Origin: a virus
Strand: one strand, 5' to 3'
IMG/VR virus record: IMGVR_UViG_3300025655_000022
Coordinates: 23,178-87,177 of that record
DNA: 64,000 bases
Below, piece by piece: positions 31,701 to 41,792 of the stretch. Numbering within the stretch: the first letter of the stretch is position 1; the number at the start of each line of letters is the position of its first letter. The notes beneath the pieces are model-generated. The model made no database searches and was not told the origin of the DNA. It saw only the letters and a program-made list of their open reading frames with translations. Both the position numbers and the translations under genes were made by a program.

Positions 31701-32143
31701 GTTCGGTCGTTCCATTTGACTGTTACGTTTGCTAGATTATTTCGATTATAGTCTAAAATGTTTTCAGTCGTGCTAATTGCGGTTACTTTTAGATATCCTC
31801 TGGCTGCTTGATTACGTTTTGGTGTATAACCAACCAATTTAGCTAGGTTAACTACACTATCGCGGCGCTCTGCTGTGTCTAAAAAGTTTTCACGACTGTT
31901 TAAATCTACACGGAACGAAAGGCTTTGTCCCATGAACGCCATGAGATCAAGCATTGCCACAAATTCACTTGACTCAACAAAATCATTGAAGTTTTCTGGG
32001 TAATACTGGCGTAGATAATCTACAAAAGTTTTTCTCAGTGTTTCGAAATTATAACTTTGAAAATCAGCTTCTCTATAATTTTGATAGATTCGTTTCCAAT
32101 CTTCAATACCAAAAATTGTTGTTTGCCGTGAAGTTGTTGCCAT
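28739..32143 (-). CDS. gp6: Baseplate wedge protein, gp6-like
   Basis: DFQSYNFETLR...DFVESSE...ENFLDTAERRDSVVNLAKLVGYTP...APARFYTQNRMVNGEDY. Confidence 0.85.
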   Translation of the reverse strand: MATTSRQTTIFGIEDWKRIYQNYREADFQSYNFETLRKTFVDYLRQYYPENFNDFVESSEFVAMLDLMAFMGQSLSFRVDLNSRENFLDTAERRDSVVNLAKLVGYTPKRNQAARGYLKVTAISTTENILDYNRNNLANVTVKWNDRTNNDWQEQFRTILNAIMVNSQSVGKPGNTQDILGIATSEYTINLAPGFLPVIPFTTTVDGVSMPFEVVSGSSVDKTYIYEPQPQPGGDLNILYRNDGLGFGSSNTGYFFYFKQGTLQTREFNLPEKIDNRTVDININGVNNNDIWLYKINPSSGDITETWTQVDNIYTNQNQNSANGRKFFSVDSRNSDQITLNFGDGVFSEVPVGTFRSYVRSSNGLEYVINPNEIQSVSVGLTYVSRKGRLETATFTLGLQENISNSRSREALLDIKRRAPARFYTQNRMVNGEDYNNFPYAQFNTIIKSKAVNRSNIGASRYLDLIDPTGKYSSINTFGDDGMIHRDQTSDTIGFTFVDVNDIENVIRNDVEPQLASRSMLQFYYDNFDRFSLTSAGLFWQFSTSLVNETTGYFKNNIGSPIAIGAALDGAKQYLTPRCLIKFVPPTGQYFDKNNRLQTGSASQPGDKTYIWASIRELLNDGTNAGNGNDSNGVGPVTLNNYVPTGAIASVVIPDFTSDLPTSLEQSMIAQIELYRSFGIGFDNATNSWYLITSSNLNQNGSYAQTYAQDTSGTGLDSSWLAKFTSDGTSYTVTFRGLKYFFSSIVQTRFFYDDNQLIFDPKTGKLINDYIKILRTNNQPDTHIPLAGDIVLDIVGQTVETDGFVNDFNVEVSWSDTDNDNVPDDPDFFDLIVASDVSPTQKLTFFQRTIDFDNLERYVPLAEGTVVSVYPTQDAINLAKYEYSDGQVFYATTEQQFFELSVTAANVRTVTQVTDYIVRTGRGGLIYQYRHNSPDSRRINPGSTNIIDVYLVTSEYYANYQRYIQDTTGTVLEPDVPTIDELTTSYESLNDYKMVSDNMVFNSVKFKPLFGDKANTALQATIKVVKLENSVVSTSEIKSRVIETINQYFNIDNWDFGETFYFSELSAYIHEQLGGILGSVILLPKDTSKEFGNLYEIKSAANEIFVSAATVNDVQVVNSLTSSQLRLTSNSGVI

Positions 32144-32171
32144 ATTATAAACTCTTGCTATTTAATAGCAT

Positions 32172-32179
32172 TATTTATG
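32172..32179 (-). promoter_or_regulatory. gp55-type late promoter (CATAAATA)
   Basis: One mismatch to the T4 late consensus TATAAATA; intergenic upstream of the gp6-like gene. The same 8-mer occurs at 14808-14815, 15477-15484 and 41817-41824. Confidence 0.7.
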
Positions 32180-32199
32180 GCATTAATAATGTGCGCAGT

Positions 32200-32574
32200 T
32201 TATACAACCTGCACTGTATTATCGTCTTGATCAAACATGAAATTGATAGTTTCTGGTGAAACGTTTGGGTTAATAATTATCACCAGTTCAAGATTTACTG
32301 TGTTATTTAGAGAAGATACAACAACATCAACTACTTCTACTCTGGGATCATAGGTCGTTATGCGTTGAATTTCAGCAGTTATTTGCCGTATTACTTCCGG
32401 TGTGTTGGCTTCAAATATAAAATTCCAGATTCTGGTACCAACATCAGGTTTACCAGGCAATTCACCTTCTCTGATAGACAGAATGTTTAACAAATCTCGT
32501 ATTACCAGATCTCTGTCAGTAACTGTGAACTTTTTATATCGATTAACGGTGCTAAAGCCTTTGAATCTTGCCAT
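32200..32574 (-). CDS. gp25: Baseplate wedge/sheath initiator, gp25-like
   Basis: DLLNILSIREGELPGKPDVGTRIWNFIFE...YDPRV. Confidence 0.85.
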   Translation of the reverse strand: MARFKGFSTVNRYKKFTVTDRDLVIRDLLNILSIREGELPGKPDVGTRIWNFIFEANTPEVIRQITAEIQRITTYDPRVEVVDVVVSSLNNTVNLELVIIINPNVSPETINFMFDQDDNTVQVV

Positions 32575-33752
32575 TATACTATTGTTCCTGTATTACTATT
32601 TACTGTATGACAGATCCATTTTCCACCAGCATTTTCGCATTCTGATTGCGTGGGTGCTATCAGAGTTGGATCGCTACAGGAGCACACTGTAATGGGGTTA
32701 TCAGTGTTGACATTATCATTGTTTACCAGGCCACTCAAACTTGGAAGTTGAAATGAAGCTGCGTTAACTATGCCGGTATAATTTGGCACCGGTACTTTGG
32801 GATTGTCAATAAGACCAATTACAGATGTGTCGACTCCAGTACGATTAACTGTTTGGGTAACTGCCGGTGGGGTATAAGTTACTGGGCCGCTGCTGCCTCC
32901 AAAAAGTCCACCAAGTCCTCCAAGAAGCCCACTAAACCCACCGAGAACATTACTTAATGCTCCAGAAACACTACCAATTAAATTTCCAGCGACATCACTA
33001 ATGGCGCTAATGCCACCGATACTTCCAGCTAGTTCACTAATACTTCCACTAATACCGCCAACAACGTCAGATATTGCGCCGGTTGCATCATTCAATAACG
33101 TACCACCACTGGTAAACATTGATGTGAGTTTAGTATCCACAAAATCGACTGAAAATTGTGCGCCGCGGGCAATTGAATCCATGTTCAACGATTCATCTGC
33201 ACTTAGCCCTTCACCAAGCACACTTCCGGAATCCCCTAATCCCAACCAATCTTTAGTTGGCCCGATACCATGATCGCCTACCACACTCGTGACGCTTGCT
33301 ACTACATCTGGAGACTCAAGCCCGCTAATAATTTTATTTGATTGTAATGTGTTTAACCCTTGCCCGAGTATATCTGACTGCATAGACGTTTGTATGCTAC
33401 TACTTCCCAATACGTCTGATGCTGCACCAATACCATCTTTTCCAGTCCAAACCGTGGGACTGTTTAACACATTGGATAATGCACCAGGATCATCTAAGAA
33501 CCTATCAACTGTTCCTGGTTTAATGTATCCTGCATCTTCAAGCGCCTGTGGTTTTAAACCATACTTTCCTAATCCAGTAGTTGAACTAATAGTATTAACC
33601 ATTTCATCAACAGACAGGGTGTTTGCACTAGCTACAGTTTTTGATTTCTGTGCTAATACTGTTCCAAGTTGATCGGTGCTCACTGATCCAACTGATTCAA
33701 TAACACGATCTTGGTTAGCTAAGTCTGCAATATCTACGTTTAATATAGTCAT
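32574..33752 (-). CDS. Baseplate-associated protein, possible degenerate lysozyme-like domain
   Basis: GLGKYGLKPQALEDAGYIKPG; Gly/Ser-rich middle; Cys-rich C-terminus; located between gp5 and gp25. Confidence 0.45.
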   Translation of the reverse strand: MTILNVDIADLANQDRVIESVGSVSTDQLGTVLAQKSKTVASANTLSVDEMVNTISSTTGLGKYGLKPQALEDAGYIKPGTVDRFLDDPGALSNVLNSPTVWTGKDGIGAASDVLGSSSIQTSMQSDILGQGLNTLQSNKIISGLESPDVVASVTSVVGDHGIGPTKDWLGLGDSGSVLGEGLSADESLNMDSIARGAQFSVDFVDTKLTSMFTSGGTLLNDATGAISDVVGGISGSISELAGSIGGISAISDVAGNLIGSVSGALSNVLGGFSGLLGGLGGLFGGSSGPVTYTPPAVTQTVNRTGVDTSVIGLIDNPKVPVPNYTGIVNAASFQLPSLSGLVNNDNVNTDNPITVCSCSDPTLIAPTQSECENAGGKWICHTVNSNTGTIV

Positions 33753-35263
33753 TATTCTGGTCTAACTCCTATGGAGGAAATTTCATTTAATTTATTAATT
33801 ACATTGTCACTTGGCGGAACTTCACCCGCACCATCATATTGAACGTTAGTTGATACACCTTTGTTGTGGTGTACATACGGTTCATGCGTTGGTGCCCGTG
33901 TTACGATGCTATCCAATAACCCTTCCCCACTGGACCATCCAGAATCCGAGTGTTTGGTATCTGGTAGCTTAGATCTGGCAGCATATACTGGTGGAGCACT
34001 GGGTAGACTTGGACCTGTGTTTAATAATACAAATGCACCATTGACCGCAGTTGGACCAGTTGCACTTAAACTTGCCGCAGTAGTTCCAGCTAATCCTAAT
34101 GTTCCGTCACTCTTTACACTGATTGCTTTGGTGCTATACATGTTTACACTTTTTTCGCCTAACAGACTTACAATACCTTCTGAATTTAAAATAGTTGCTT
34201 TTTTACTGTGCAAGTTCAGTGCTTGGCCAGCAAATAAGTTTAAATTTTGATCGGCGTGTATGTTAACATCTCCCTGAGAACGCAAATTAATTGAATTGGC
34301 GGCATACACATCAACGGTACCCTCTTTGCCCAATTCCACCCATGACTGGCCATTTGCGTGAATAATGTGTATGCAATTTCCATCATCACTCAGCAGAATC
34401 TGATGACCTTTGCCAGTTCTGATACGTACCAGATTATCATTACCAGTTAGGTCTCCATCATCCATTACAAAACTGTGACCGCTACGTCTGCCAACGACCT
34501 TTACATCATCCGGAGTCATTGCGCCTGATCGCAAACTTTGCTGAATATTGTATTCAGATGCGCCACTTTCATAGATAGGTCTGCCAGGAGTATTGATACC
34601 GAATGTTGCACTGGGCGATTCTCTGTACGCACTGGAACCAATTGGCCCTCGAACGGGATCTTTGATTAGACCTTGCTGGTACATCACGGCCGCAGTGTAG
34701 CTATGTACTGGTCTGGTTTGTGCAAAACTACGTGAATCTTCACGAATTTCTGTGTTCTGGTTGTTGATCTCTGTAACGGGCAGTCGGGTAGCACCAGCAT
34801 ATCTTTTCTGCTCTTCTGAATTGTTAAATTCAAAATTAGAACTAGCTCCCACTGCTGGAACCATGTGCATCAGGTCTGGATCTGGAATTGCACCAACGTA
34901 GTAGCCCTGACTCTGATCGCCAGCCACAAAAAAGCATAATACTTTGACACCAACATCAGGCACAGTAAACCACATTCCATAACTATGACTGTTGCCAACG
35001 TATTGTCCTTGGCCTTGACTGGTTCCTGACTGTTGCGTGTTCCCAAAGAATGGACTCAGATATCTAACTGTTCTCCAAGATGTTTGATCACTTTTATCGT
35101 CTGCACCAAATTCTGGAATATAAACCTGAACACGACCAATACGTGCCGGGTCGTGATTGTTCATGACTTCACCAATAAACGGTCCGGTTTCAGTAGGAAA
35201 CCCACCGCGATCTATGCGATAACTTCCTGGGCGGCCTCTGCTACTTTGTAAATTTTCTGCCAT
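33752..35263 (-). CDS. gp5: Baseplate hub/central spike, gp5/VgrG-like
   Basis: OB-fold GEVMNNHDPARIGRVQVYIP...PDVGVKVLCFF, then beta-helix GHSFVMDD...GHQILLSD. Confidence 0.85.
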   Translation of the reverse strand: MAENLQSSRGRPGSYRIDRGGFPTETGPFIGEVMNNHDPARIGRVQVYIPEFGADDKSDQTSWRTVRYLSPFFGNTQQSGTSQGQGQYVGNSHSYGMWFTVPDVGVKVLCFFVAGDQSQGYYVGAIPDPDLMHMVPAVGASSNFEFNNSEEQKRYAGATRLPVTEINNQNTEIREDSRSFAQTRPVHSYTAAVMYQQGLIKDPVRGPIGSSAYRESPSATFGINTPGRPIYESGASEYNIQQSLRSGAMTPDDVKVVGRRSGHSFVMDDGDLTGNDNLVRIRTGKGHQILLSDDGNCIHIIHANGQSWVELGKEGTVDVYAANSINLRSQGDVNIHADQNLNLFAGQALNLHSKKATILNSEGIVSLLGEKSVNMYSTKAISVKSDGTLGLAGTTAASLSATGPTAVNGAFVLLNTGPSLPSAPPVYAARSKLPDTKHSDSGWSSGEGLLDSIVTRAPTHEPYVHHNKGVSTNVQYDGAGEVPPSDNVINKLNEISSIGVRPE

Positions 35264-35288
35264 AATCTTAATTATTCTCTGTTATATT

Positions 35289-38200
35289 TTAACCCTTAAT
35301 AAATTTTCCAGTCTTTTCATCATAGTATCCTTCTTCGGCGGTAGTATCGGTTACGGGATCATAATTAACACGTATACGCTGATTTAAGTATGGATCATAT
35401 GCATCATAGGAAATTGGTTGTCCAGAATCAATTGCTTGTACCTGCGCATCAAGTTCTGCTTGCGTGCGGCCACTAATATTCTTGCCTTTATAATAATACA
35501 TTTGATCAGTGCCTTCAGTTAACGGGTCTGGAGTTACACCTTCTGGTATTCGCTGAAGCGTTTCTGGTTCTGTCCAGCCTGGTCCACTCTTGGGAACTGT
35601 TGGTAATGTGAATGCTGTGTTTGCTTGTTCTGCTGGAATGTCGTTATATTTGGGTGGTAACTCTGTCTGAGTTTGGGGTTCAGGATTATCTGACAGAACT
35701 GGACTTGTATTGTTTTGCGCATACACTGGTGGAGTTTCGACAACTGCTGTGGAAATCTCCTGAGCCGGCTCAGCATCATTATTATAAAAATCAGCAGCGG
35801 CTTCTGCGTCGCCATCAAACATATCCAGTACTTCTGCATCGGTGCTCCATTCTGGCATACCATAATCAGCTGGATCTTGTACCTTGATTGGTGTGCCATC
35901 AGAACTTGCTTTGCCTCCACTAAGACTTGCTGATATATCACTGGTTGATATGTCAGCATCATGCGCAGTAGCAATAATGTTTGCCTGCCGGCGATCTTCT
36001 CGTATTCTGGCCTGAGCGCCTGTGCGTAATCCGCCTGACACCCGTTCAACATTTGGATCATCCAGGTAGGTCATTAGTGTGCCTTCTAATCTTTGCTTGA
36101 ACTCTCCCTTGGATAACACGGTTGTAATAGTGTTTGCACGGTATACTAAACTTAATGAACCACCGCTGTAAGGTGTATCAGTTCTGAGTGTGTTTGGTTT
36201 ATAGTTAATATCCATGAGACCATCTGGACGATAGTCACCAGCAGTATTGTACTTGATGCCAAACAATACTTCACTAGCATCGTAATTTATCGAACCATCA
36301 GTCATAAACGGGCCCAACCCAACATCTGACAATGCCACATCTGGACTATAAAAAATTTCGCTCTGTGCCATCCAGTCAGGGTCACCTAAAATCTCAACTG
36401 TTGCGTTGGCTTGATCAGCCGGGCTATACAGCAGGCTGGCAATGTTGGCAGCGATTTCACCACTCTTACTTCCAGTTCCGCCCAATGCACTTTCGTTGGA
36501 GCGTGGCATGTAATAATTCTTGGTGATGTGAATTGTGTTGGTTTGTGGCATTGATTCAGATGCACCAGTTACGCCCAGTGCCTGCTGATAATACAAATAA
36601 TTATATGACTGTGAAAAACTCAAAATCTCTGTGTTCTGACCAGTGAACCAATAGTCATACTGTTTGTGTACTCCACGATACAGTGGCGGACCAATATAAG
36701 GCGTTCGCAATGAGGTAACATTGTATCTGCTGATTACATAATGTATTCTGTATGCATAATCGTTGGTTTTGTTATCATATTTTATAGGTACAATTTTTGT
36801 TCTGATTTTATACCACATGAATGGATTTTTCTTTCCATCAGTATTAAATTTAACTTCACCAGTAACTCGATCCACATATACGTTTGTTTGTGATGAAATA
36901 TAAGTGCTATTTTTGAGTACATATTCAATTGCCTGAATAATACTGGTGCCAGCCGGTATGGTATAGATTTGGCTGGATTTTTGAACAGAATTTTTATTGG
37001 TATCCAGTTGATTTGCAGGATCATCCTTGGTTGGCGGCATGCCAGTGTTGCTTTTGGCTGTGTTACCGGAAGCCAATACCTCAGCATCGGCAATTGATTC
37101 ATGCTCAAATTCTATCACAAATTCATTGGGATAAGTCTGTTTTTTGTCTGGGGCATTGCCTGAAATTCTTTTCTGGTGTGCATTTAATGCTTCGGTTAGC
37201 CCTTTAAAAATTAATCGTTTGGTGGGATCTACGTTTGCGCCCTGTCGTTCCAGAGATTCAGACAATTGCACTGAAGCTGCACCACCAGCATCTTGTATTT
37301 GACCAGACAAAATGTCCTTTACTGTACCACCGATTAATTCAACATTGAATGGTATGTGTGAATGAGTATCACTAAATGGTAGCACACTTTGTGGTGCTGC
37401 GGCTTCACAGGTATATTCCACTAAGTTATCAGTTAGCTGGAATGTAATTCCCTTAAAGATGAACGGAATGAATTTTTCTGTGACTGCGTTTGGATCGCTG
37501 GTGGGTTCTCTTTTTTTCAGTGTACTTCCACTAACTGGATTTCCATATTCATCATATCCATAAAAGCGCACCACCATCAGATAATTTTGCGCAGCATAGT
37601 TAATGTGTCCTGGTTTGGCACCTTCACGTTCCATGTACTCGGTAACAGCGGCATGTAGTCTTTCTAAAAAACTAAGTCCGTTGGGTTCTAAAATTTTAAA
37701 CCTAATTTCAAACATGTTGTGTGCTGCCTGACTGCTCTGCCCACTTACTAGACCTTTGAGTTCAATATCATCAATATAAAAATCAACATCAAAGTGTTTG
37801 CTTCTGACTGCACCAAAATTACCTATATTTTCTGATGGATTTGTGCTGGAATTAGCACCGCCACTTTGTAGTATTAGTGTCATGCCGTTGACACTTTTGG
37901 TTCCTGAACTTATTAATTCTGCATAGCGTTGAGCACTTAATGCATATACACTGACCGAATAGGTCATAGTTGAAAACTTTTTAAAAATATTTTCAGTTGG
38001 AATGATATTTGGAAAAAATTCTCCAGGTATTGACACATTGCCATCAGCACTGGTGTTGTTTTGTTTAGTTACAGAATCAGCACTAATTTCTGGTGTTGTT
38101 TGTCCAACAACAAATTCTGGTGATATTCCAAACCCTGTACCAGCATCTTCGGCAAAACTTAGTTGAGATGCTGGATCAACTCCTGCCTGTGTAGGACTGA

Positions 38201-39326
38201 TTGGTGTTGTTCCTGAAACTGGAATTTGTGTGGCAGCATTTTGGCCGTCTACTGATACCGGAGATGTTACACCAGAATTTTCTAGCAATGGATCTGTGAT
38301 TATTTCTGCATTTTCGGCATATTCAAGTTGATCTCCACGCACAATTGCACCTGCGCTATCAATTGGCACTGCTGTTTCAGCCAAAGATAACTGATCATTG
38401 TTTGCTGAGTATGATTGTGTTGTTGTGTTGCCCACGGTGCCTGGCAAGGCAGTGATGTTGGCACCGGGTTCTAGTTTAATTTCAGTATTTGGCGGCACAA
38501 CAGCTACACCACCTTGCGACACAACATATCTGCCATTGGCATCTTGTGTAACACCTGTGCCTAGCTGCGCATTGGTTGCAAGATCTGGTGTAATGTATAA
38601 ATTCCCGTCTGCTGCCAGAGATACCTGCGCCAATGGACCAGCTTCAACACTACCAGTGGTTGGATTAAATTCATTTGCACGAGATGGCACAATAACCGGA
38701 GCAGCATCTGGTAGAACATTGACATTTCCCAGTGCCGGATTTGAATCTATGTTTGCATTTATTGCTGACCCTGGCATACCAATTGTGACTGCGTTATTTC
38801 CAACAGTCACAGCTTGTTCTGCTGTTCTCACGGCCGGTGCTTCAGTAACTGGTACATTTGCAGTTGCATCCTGACCAATTACACGTGTATTTGCATCTGT
38901 AATCCTGCCAGAAACATTTGATACAGCCGGAGTACCTTCAACATTTTGTACTGGCGGTAGAGCAGGTGATTGTGCAGGAGTCGAATAATCAATAACTGGT
39001 GCAACGATGGGCGCACTGAGACCAGTTTGAGCAGGGGGCAATACTCCGTATTGTGAATTTGATGGTGTGGGTTTCACTTCTGCAGACGGGGCACGAGATA
39101 TCCCGCCAACCGATCCTTCACCCTGTTTCCATGCAAAATATGAATCTGAACCGGTAGCAGGAATGGGTGTTAATCCAGGATTACCAATAAAAATTCTGGG
39201 TACTGTTCCTGCATTTCCAGTATCAGGACTTACCTCAATTGCGCTGACCACATTTCCAGCAGAGTCTCTGACCACACTGGTCCACACATCACCATTACGG
39301 TCAACATAATAATTTGAATCAGCCAC
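35289..39326 (-). CDS. Baseplate hub/tail protein (gp27-like core) with long extensions
   Basis: DFYIDDIE, KQYDYWFTGQNTEILSF, VEILGDPDW, GEFKQRLE; upstream of gp5. Confidence 0.55.
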   Translation of the reverse strand: MADSNYYVDRNGDVWTSVVRDSAGNVVSAIEVSPDTGNAGTVPRIFIGNPGLTPIPATGSDSYFAWKQGEGSVGGISRAPSAEVKPTPSNSQYGVLPPAQTGLSAPIVAPVIDYSTPAQSPALPPVQNVEGTPAVSNVSGRITDANTRVIGQDATANVPVTEAPAVRTAEQAVTVGNNAVTIGMPGSAINANIDSNPALGNVNVLPDAAPVIVPSRANEFNPTTGSVEAGPLAQVSLAADGNLYITPDLATNAQLGTGVTQDANGRYVVSQGGVAVVPPNTEIKLEPGANITALPGTVGNTTTQSYSANNDQLSLAETAVPIDSAGAIVRGDQLEYAENAEIITDPLLENSGVTSPVSVDGQNAATQIPVSGTTPISPTQAGVDPASQLSFAEDAGTGFGISPEFVVGQTTPEISADSVTKQNNTSADGNVSIPGEFFPNIIPTENIFKKFSTMTYSVSVYALSAQRYAELISSGTKSVNGMTLILQSGGANSSTNPSENIGNFGAVRSKHFDVDFYIDDIELKGLVSGQSSQAAHNMFEIRFKILEPNGLSFLERLHAAVTEYMEREGAKPGHINYAAQNYLMVVRFYGYDEYGNPVSGSTLKKREPTSDPNAVTEKFIPFIFKGITFQLTDNLVEYTCEAAAPQSVLPFSDTHSHIPFNVELIGGTVKDILSGQIQDAGGAASVQLSESLERQGANVDPTKRLIFKGLTEALNAHQKRISGNAPDKKQTYPNEFVIEFEHESIADAEVLASGNTAKSNTGMPPTKDDPANQLDTNKNSVQKSSQIYTIPAGTSIIQAIEYVLKNSTYISSQTNVYVDRVTGEVKFNTDGKKNPFMWYKIRTKIVPIKYDNKTNDYAYRIHYVISRYNVTSLRTPYIGPPLYRGVHKQYDYWFTGQNTEILSFSQSYNYLYYQQALGVTGASESMPQTNTIHITKNYYMPRSNESALGGTGSKSGEIAANIASLLYSPADQANATVEILGDPDWMAQSEIFYSPDVALSDVGLGPFMTDGSINYDASEVLFGIKYNTAGDYRPDGLMDINYKPNTLRTDTPYSGGSLSLVYRANTITTVLSKGEFKQRLEGTLMTYLDDPNVERVSGGLRTGAQARIREDRRQANIIATAHDADISTSDISASLSGGKASSDGTPIKVQDPADYGMPEWSTDAEVLDMFDGDAEAAADFYNNDAEPAQEISTAVVETPPVYAQNNTSPVLSDNPEPQTQTELPPKYNDIPAEQANTAFTLPTVPKSGPGWTEPETLQRIPEGVTPDPLTEGTDQMYYYKGKNISGRTQAELDAQVQAIDSGQPISYDAYDPYLNQRIRVNYDPVTDTTAEEGYYDEKTGKFIKG

Positions 39327-39327
39327 G

Positions 39328-39633
39328 TTAGAACCCTAACACTTCTCGCAACGTTTCTAACTGAGGCAAATATATGTTTTTGCCCAGTGTAAAATCACCC
39401 AGAGGATCGACCAGTGTATTAGGGTTACGCTGCGCAAATACCCACCAGAGTTCGCTGTAACCATATAAATCATAGGCCAACAAATCGGGACGCAGGTTGT
39501 ATACCTGGTTGATTGTGAATAACCGATCATCAGCATTTTTGGGTATGCTGCGATTTACCATTAGATCCAGATAAAATTCGTTAGTACCGGTGTTATAATA
39601 TGGGCTAACTGATGTGTATTTTACTTTTGCCAT
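39328..39633 (-). CDS. gp53: Baseplate wedge protein gp53-like (LysM-type)
   Basis: RPDLLAYDLYGYSELWWVFAQRNP. Confidence 0.85.
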   Translation of the reverse strand: MAKVKYTSVSPYYNTGTNEFYLDLMVNRSIPKNADDRLFTINQVYNLRPDLLAYDLYGYSELWWVFAQRNPNTLVDPLGDFTLGKNIYLPQLETLREVLGF

Positions 39634-41792
39634 TACCAGAATCCTTTCTTGGTTAAGTCACCATATGCATATTTTCTGAGGCTGAATTGATTGCTGATGC
39701 GATCTCTGCTGTCCACTGGGTGGAATGTAAGTTGTATGCCAATCTTGGTGGGCACATAAGTTTCGTCTTGTGAAATTTTAGTAACACCTTCAAATGCCAA
39801 ATCAAAATCAGGTATCGTGGGTGGTGCACCTGACTCCAATTTACTAGTTATTAATCGTGTAATTTTGCTACTCCAGGATTGATAGCCCATGGCTGTGTCT
39901 GTTCTGCCCACAAAGTTATTGGTGTTAGGTCCAGCATAAGCACGCACATAATCCACATTATCAGGAATAGTATAGTTAAATGTACTTAACACACACGGAT
40001 GTTCAGCAAATTGAAAATCACCAAAACCATTCATGTATAACAATGGTGGTGGAACACCCCTGCGCTGGTCCTGACCATAAAACATTTTGGTAGCAGATTT
40101 AAAAAAATGAATGGCTGCTAACAAATAATTAGCTTCGTCAGTATCTTGCGCTGTAAATGTTCCATTGACAACAATGTCACCTATTTGACTGCCCTGATAA
40201 AAAAATCCACGATAGTTACTGTGTGTCAATGCATAACTTGCATAGTTTGCCATATGTGGGACGGTAATGCTAGGAGTATATGGAAAAATTACCCCATCTG
40301 TTTTTTTAAGTGGTGCCAACACATGTGCATTGTGCATGAGCGGATCATTATACAGATAGTCGCTGAATGGACTTAGTCTGATTTTAAATCTCCAGTCTTT
40401 TTTGTCGTAGTTTCGATTGTTTGATTTTCTTGCTTCACGAATACTGATTGGTGGTTCAGGTGTTTCATCAAACGATAACTCAAACTCATCAAACAATTGT
40501 TCTGCTTCAACGTCTGTGAACTCATCATCAACCGGAATTGGTTCGCCCAGATAATTGGAAGTTCCTCCAATAGGAACACACACTCCGTCAGTGTCATCAT
40601 ACTCTTCCTGACCAATGATACACCCAAAATCATCATATTGTGGTTCTTGAGTTACTGTGGTGTCGCCATAGTTCCAGTTGTCTGGTAGATCTTCTCTGGG
40701 AACCCATTCACCAAGATCGTCGTTGTAAACAAACTCGTTTTGGTCTCTGGCTTGCCAATCTTCGGGACGGTCTGTGCGCGGTACATATTCGCCTAGACTG
40801 TCATCATACCATAGATTAGGATCGTCTGCTGGATTCTCATAGTAATCGTATTCGCCTTCGACACCTGCTTCATATGCATCTCTGTCTGCTAGTTGTTGGT
40901 TAATGCTTGCTTGTGTATTTGCTCGATATGCATCAACTGCGGCATCTGGATCCCCATAATCAGCCAACGATGATGCTGGATCTGTTCCTGAAACCGACTG
41001 TTGACTATATGCAGTTTCAGTCGGAGACGCAAAGTTGTTGGTTGTTGAGTTAATGCTGGTTGTAGAAGTACCGGGCACATTTAAAGATGTGGCATTTTGT
41101 TGCGCAGATGCATACTCAGAATTTGCTGTTTGATATGCTGCATTCGCTGCTTTATAATCAGGATGATTAAGCACGTCTGCACCAGATACCCCTTGCGCTT
41201 TCAATCTGTCAATGGTTTCTTTTTTATCTTGTTGTGCATTATATAGGTCTTCATCAGCATTTGATAACCTTTCGTTAGCTGCTTTCTGTGCTGCTGTTGG
41301 CGCATAATCCGGAACACTGGTTTTGGTTACTGTTCGCGTAAATGTGGGTGTATTCGTCGTTACATTGGCATCTCCTCCACTAGAAGTAACTGTCTGTTCT
41401 GTTCTGCTAGTTGGAGTTTGTGTTACCGAGCTTGTGGTTTTTGTGCCACTTGGGCTAATTCCTGGTGACTGTGTTGGGGGTTGCTGAGATGCTTGTTGTA
41501 ATTCTAAACGTGTGCGGCTGTCAGTTGCAGCAGAAGGCACAGAACTCCCACCAAAATCAATTTCTGCTGCTTCGCCTGGTTCAACAGAATTCTTTTTTAA
41601 TATTACAACAGTCTGATTAGCCTGATTAATCTGATTGGTTAATGCTTGATACTGTGGATCTGAGCGCCAGGAAGTTACACCTTTTGCTTGTAGATCACTT
41701 CTGAGTTTGTTACGTGCGCTAACAGCAGCGGCTCGATCCGCCTCTGCATCACTAAGTGCTTGATTGTAACCTTCATAATCAAATATAGCCAT
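39633..41792 (-). CDS. Tail tube initiator/baseplate protein (gp48/54-like C-terminus) with long low-complexity N-terminus
   Basis: DWRFKIRL...GVIFPYTPSI...THSNY...FTAQ...PPPLLYMNGFG...YVPT. Likely start MAIFDY downstream of a late promoter. Confidence 0.6.
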   Translation of the reverse strand: MAIFDYEGYNQALSDAEADRAAAVSARNKLRSDLQAKGVTSWRSDPQYQALTNQINQANQTVVILKKNSVEPGEAAEIDFGGSSVPSAATDSRTRLELQQASQQPPTQSPGISPSGTKTTSSVTQTPTSRTEQTVTSSGGDANVTTNTPTFTRTVTKTSVPDYAPTAAQKAANERLSNADEDLYNAQQDKKETIDRLKAQGVSGADVLNHPDYKAANAAYQTANSEYASAQQNATSLNVPGTSTTSINSTTNNFASPTETAYSQQSVSGTDPASSLADYGDPDAAVDAYRANTQASINQQLADRDAYEAGVEGEYDYYENPADDPNLWYDDSLGEYVPRTDRPEDWQARDQNEFVYNDDLGEWVPREDLPDNWNYGDTTVTQEPQYDDFGCIIGQEEYDDTDGVCVPIGGTSNYLGEPIPVDDEFTDVEAEQLFDEFELSFDETPEPPISIREARKSNNRNYDKKDWRFKIRLSPFSDYLYNDPLMHNAHVLAPLKKTDGVIFPYTPSITVPHMANYASYALTHSNYRGFFYQGSQIGDIVVNGTFTAQDTDEANYLLAAIHFFKSATKMFYGQDQRRGVPPPLLYMNGFGDFQFAEHPCVLSTFNYTIPDNVDYVRAYAGPNTNNFVGRTDTAMGYQSWSSKITRLITSKLESGAPPTIPDFDLAFEGVTKISQDETYVPTKIGIQLTFHPVDSRDRISNQFSLRKYAYGDLTKKGFW

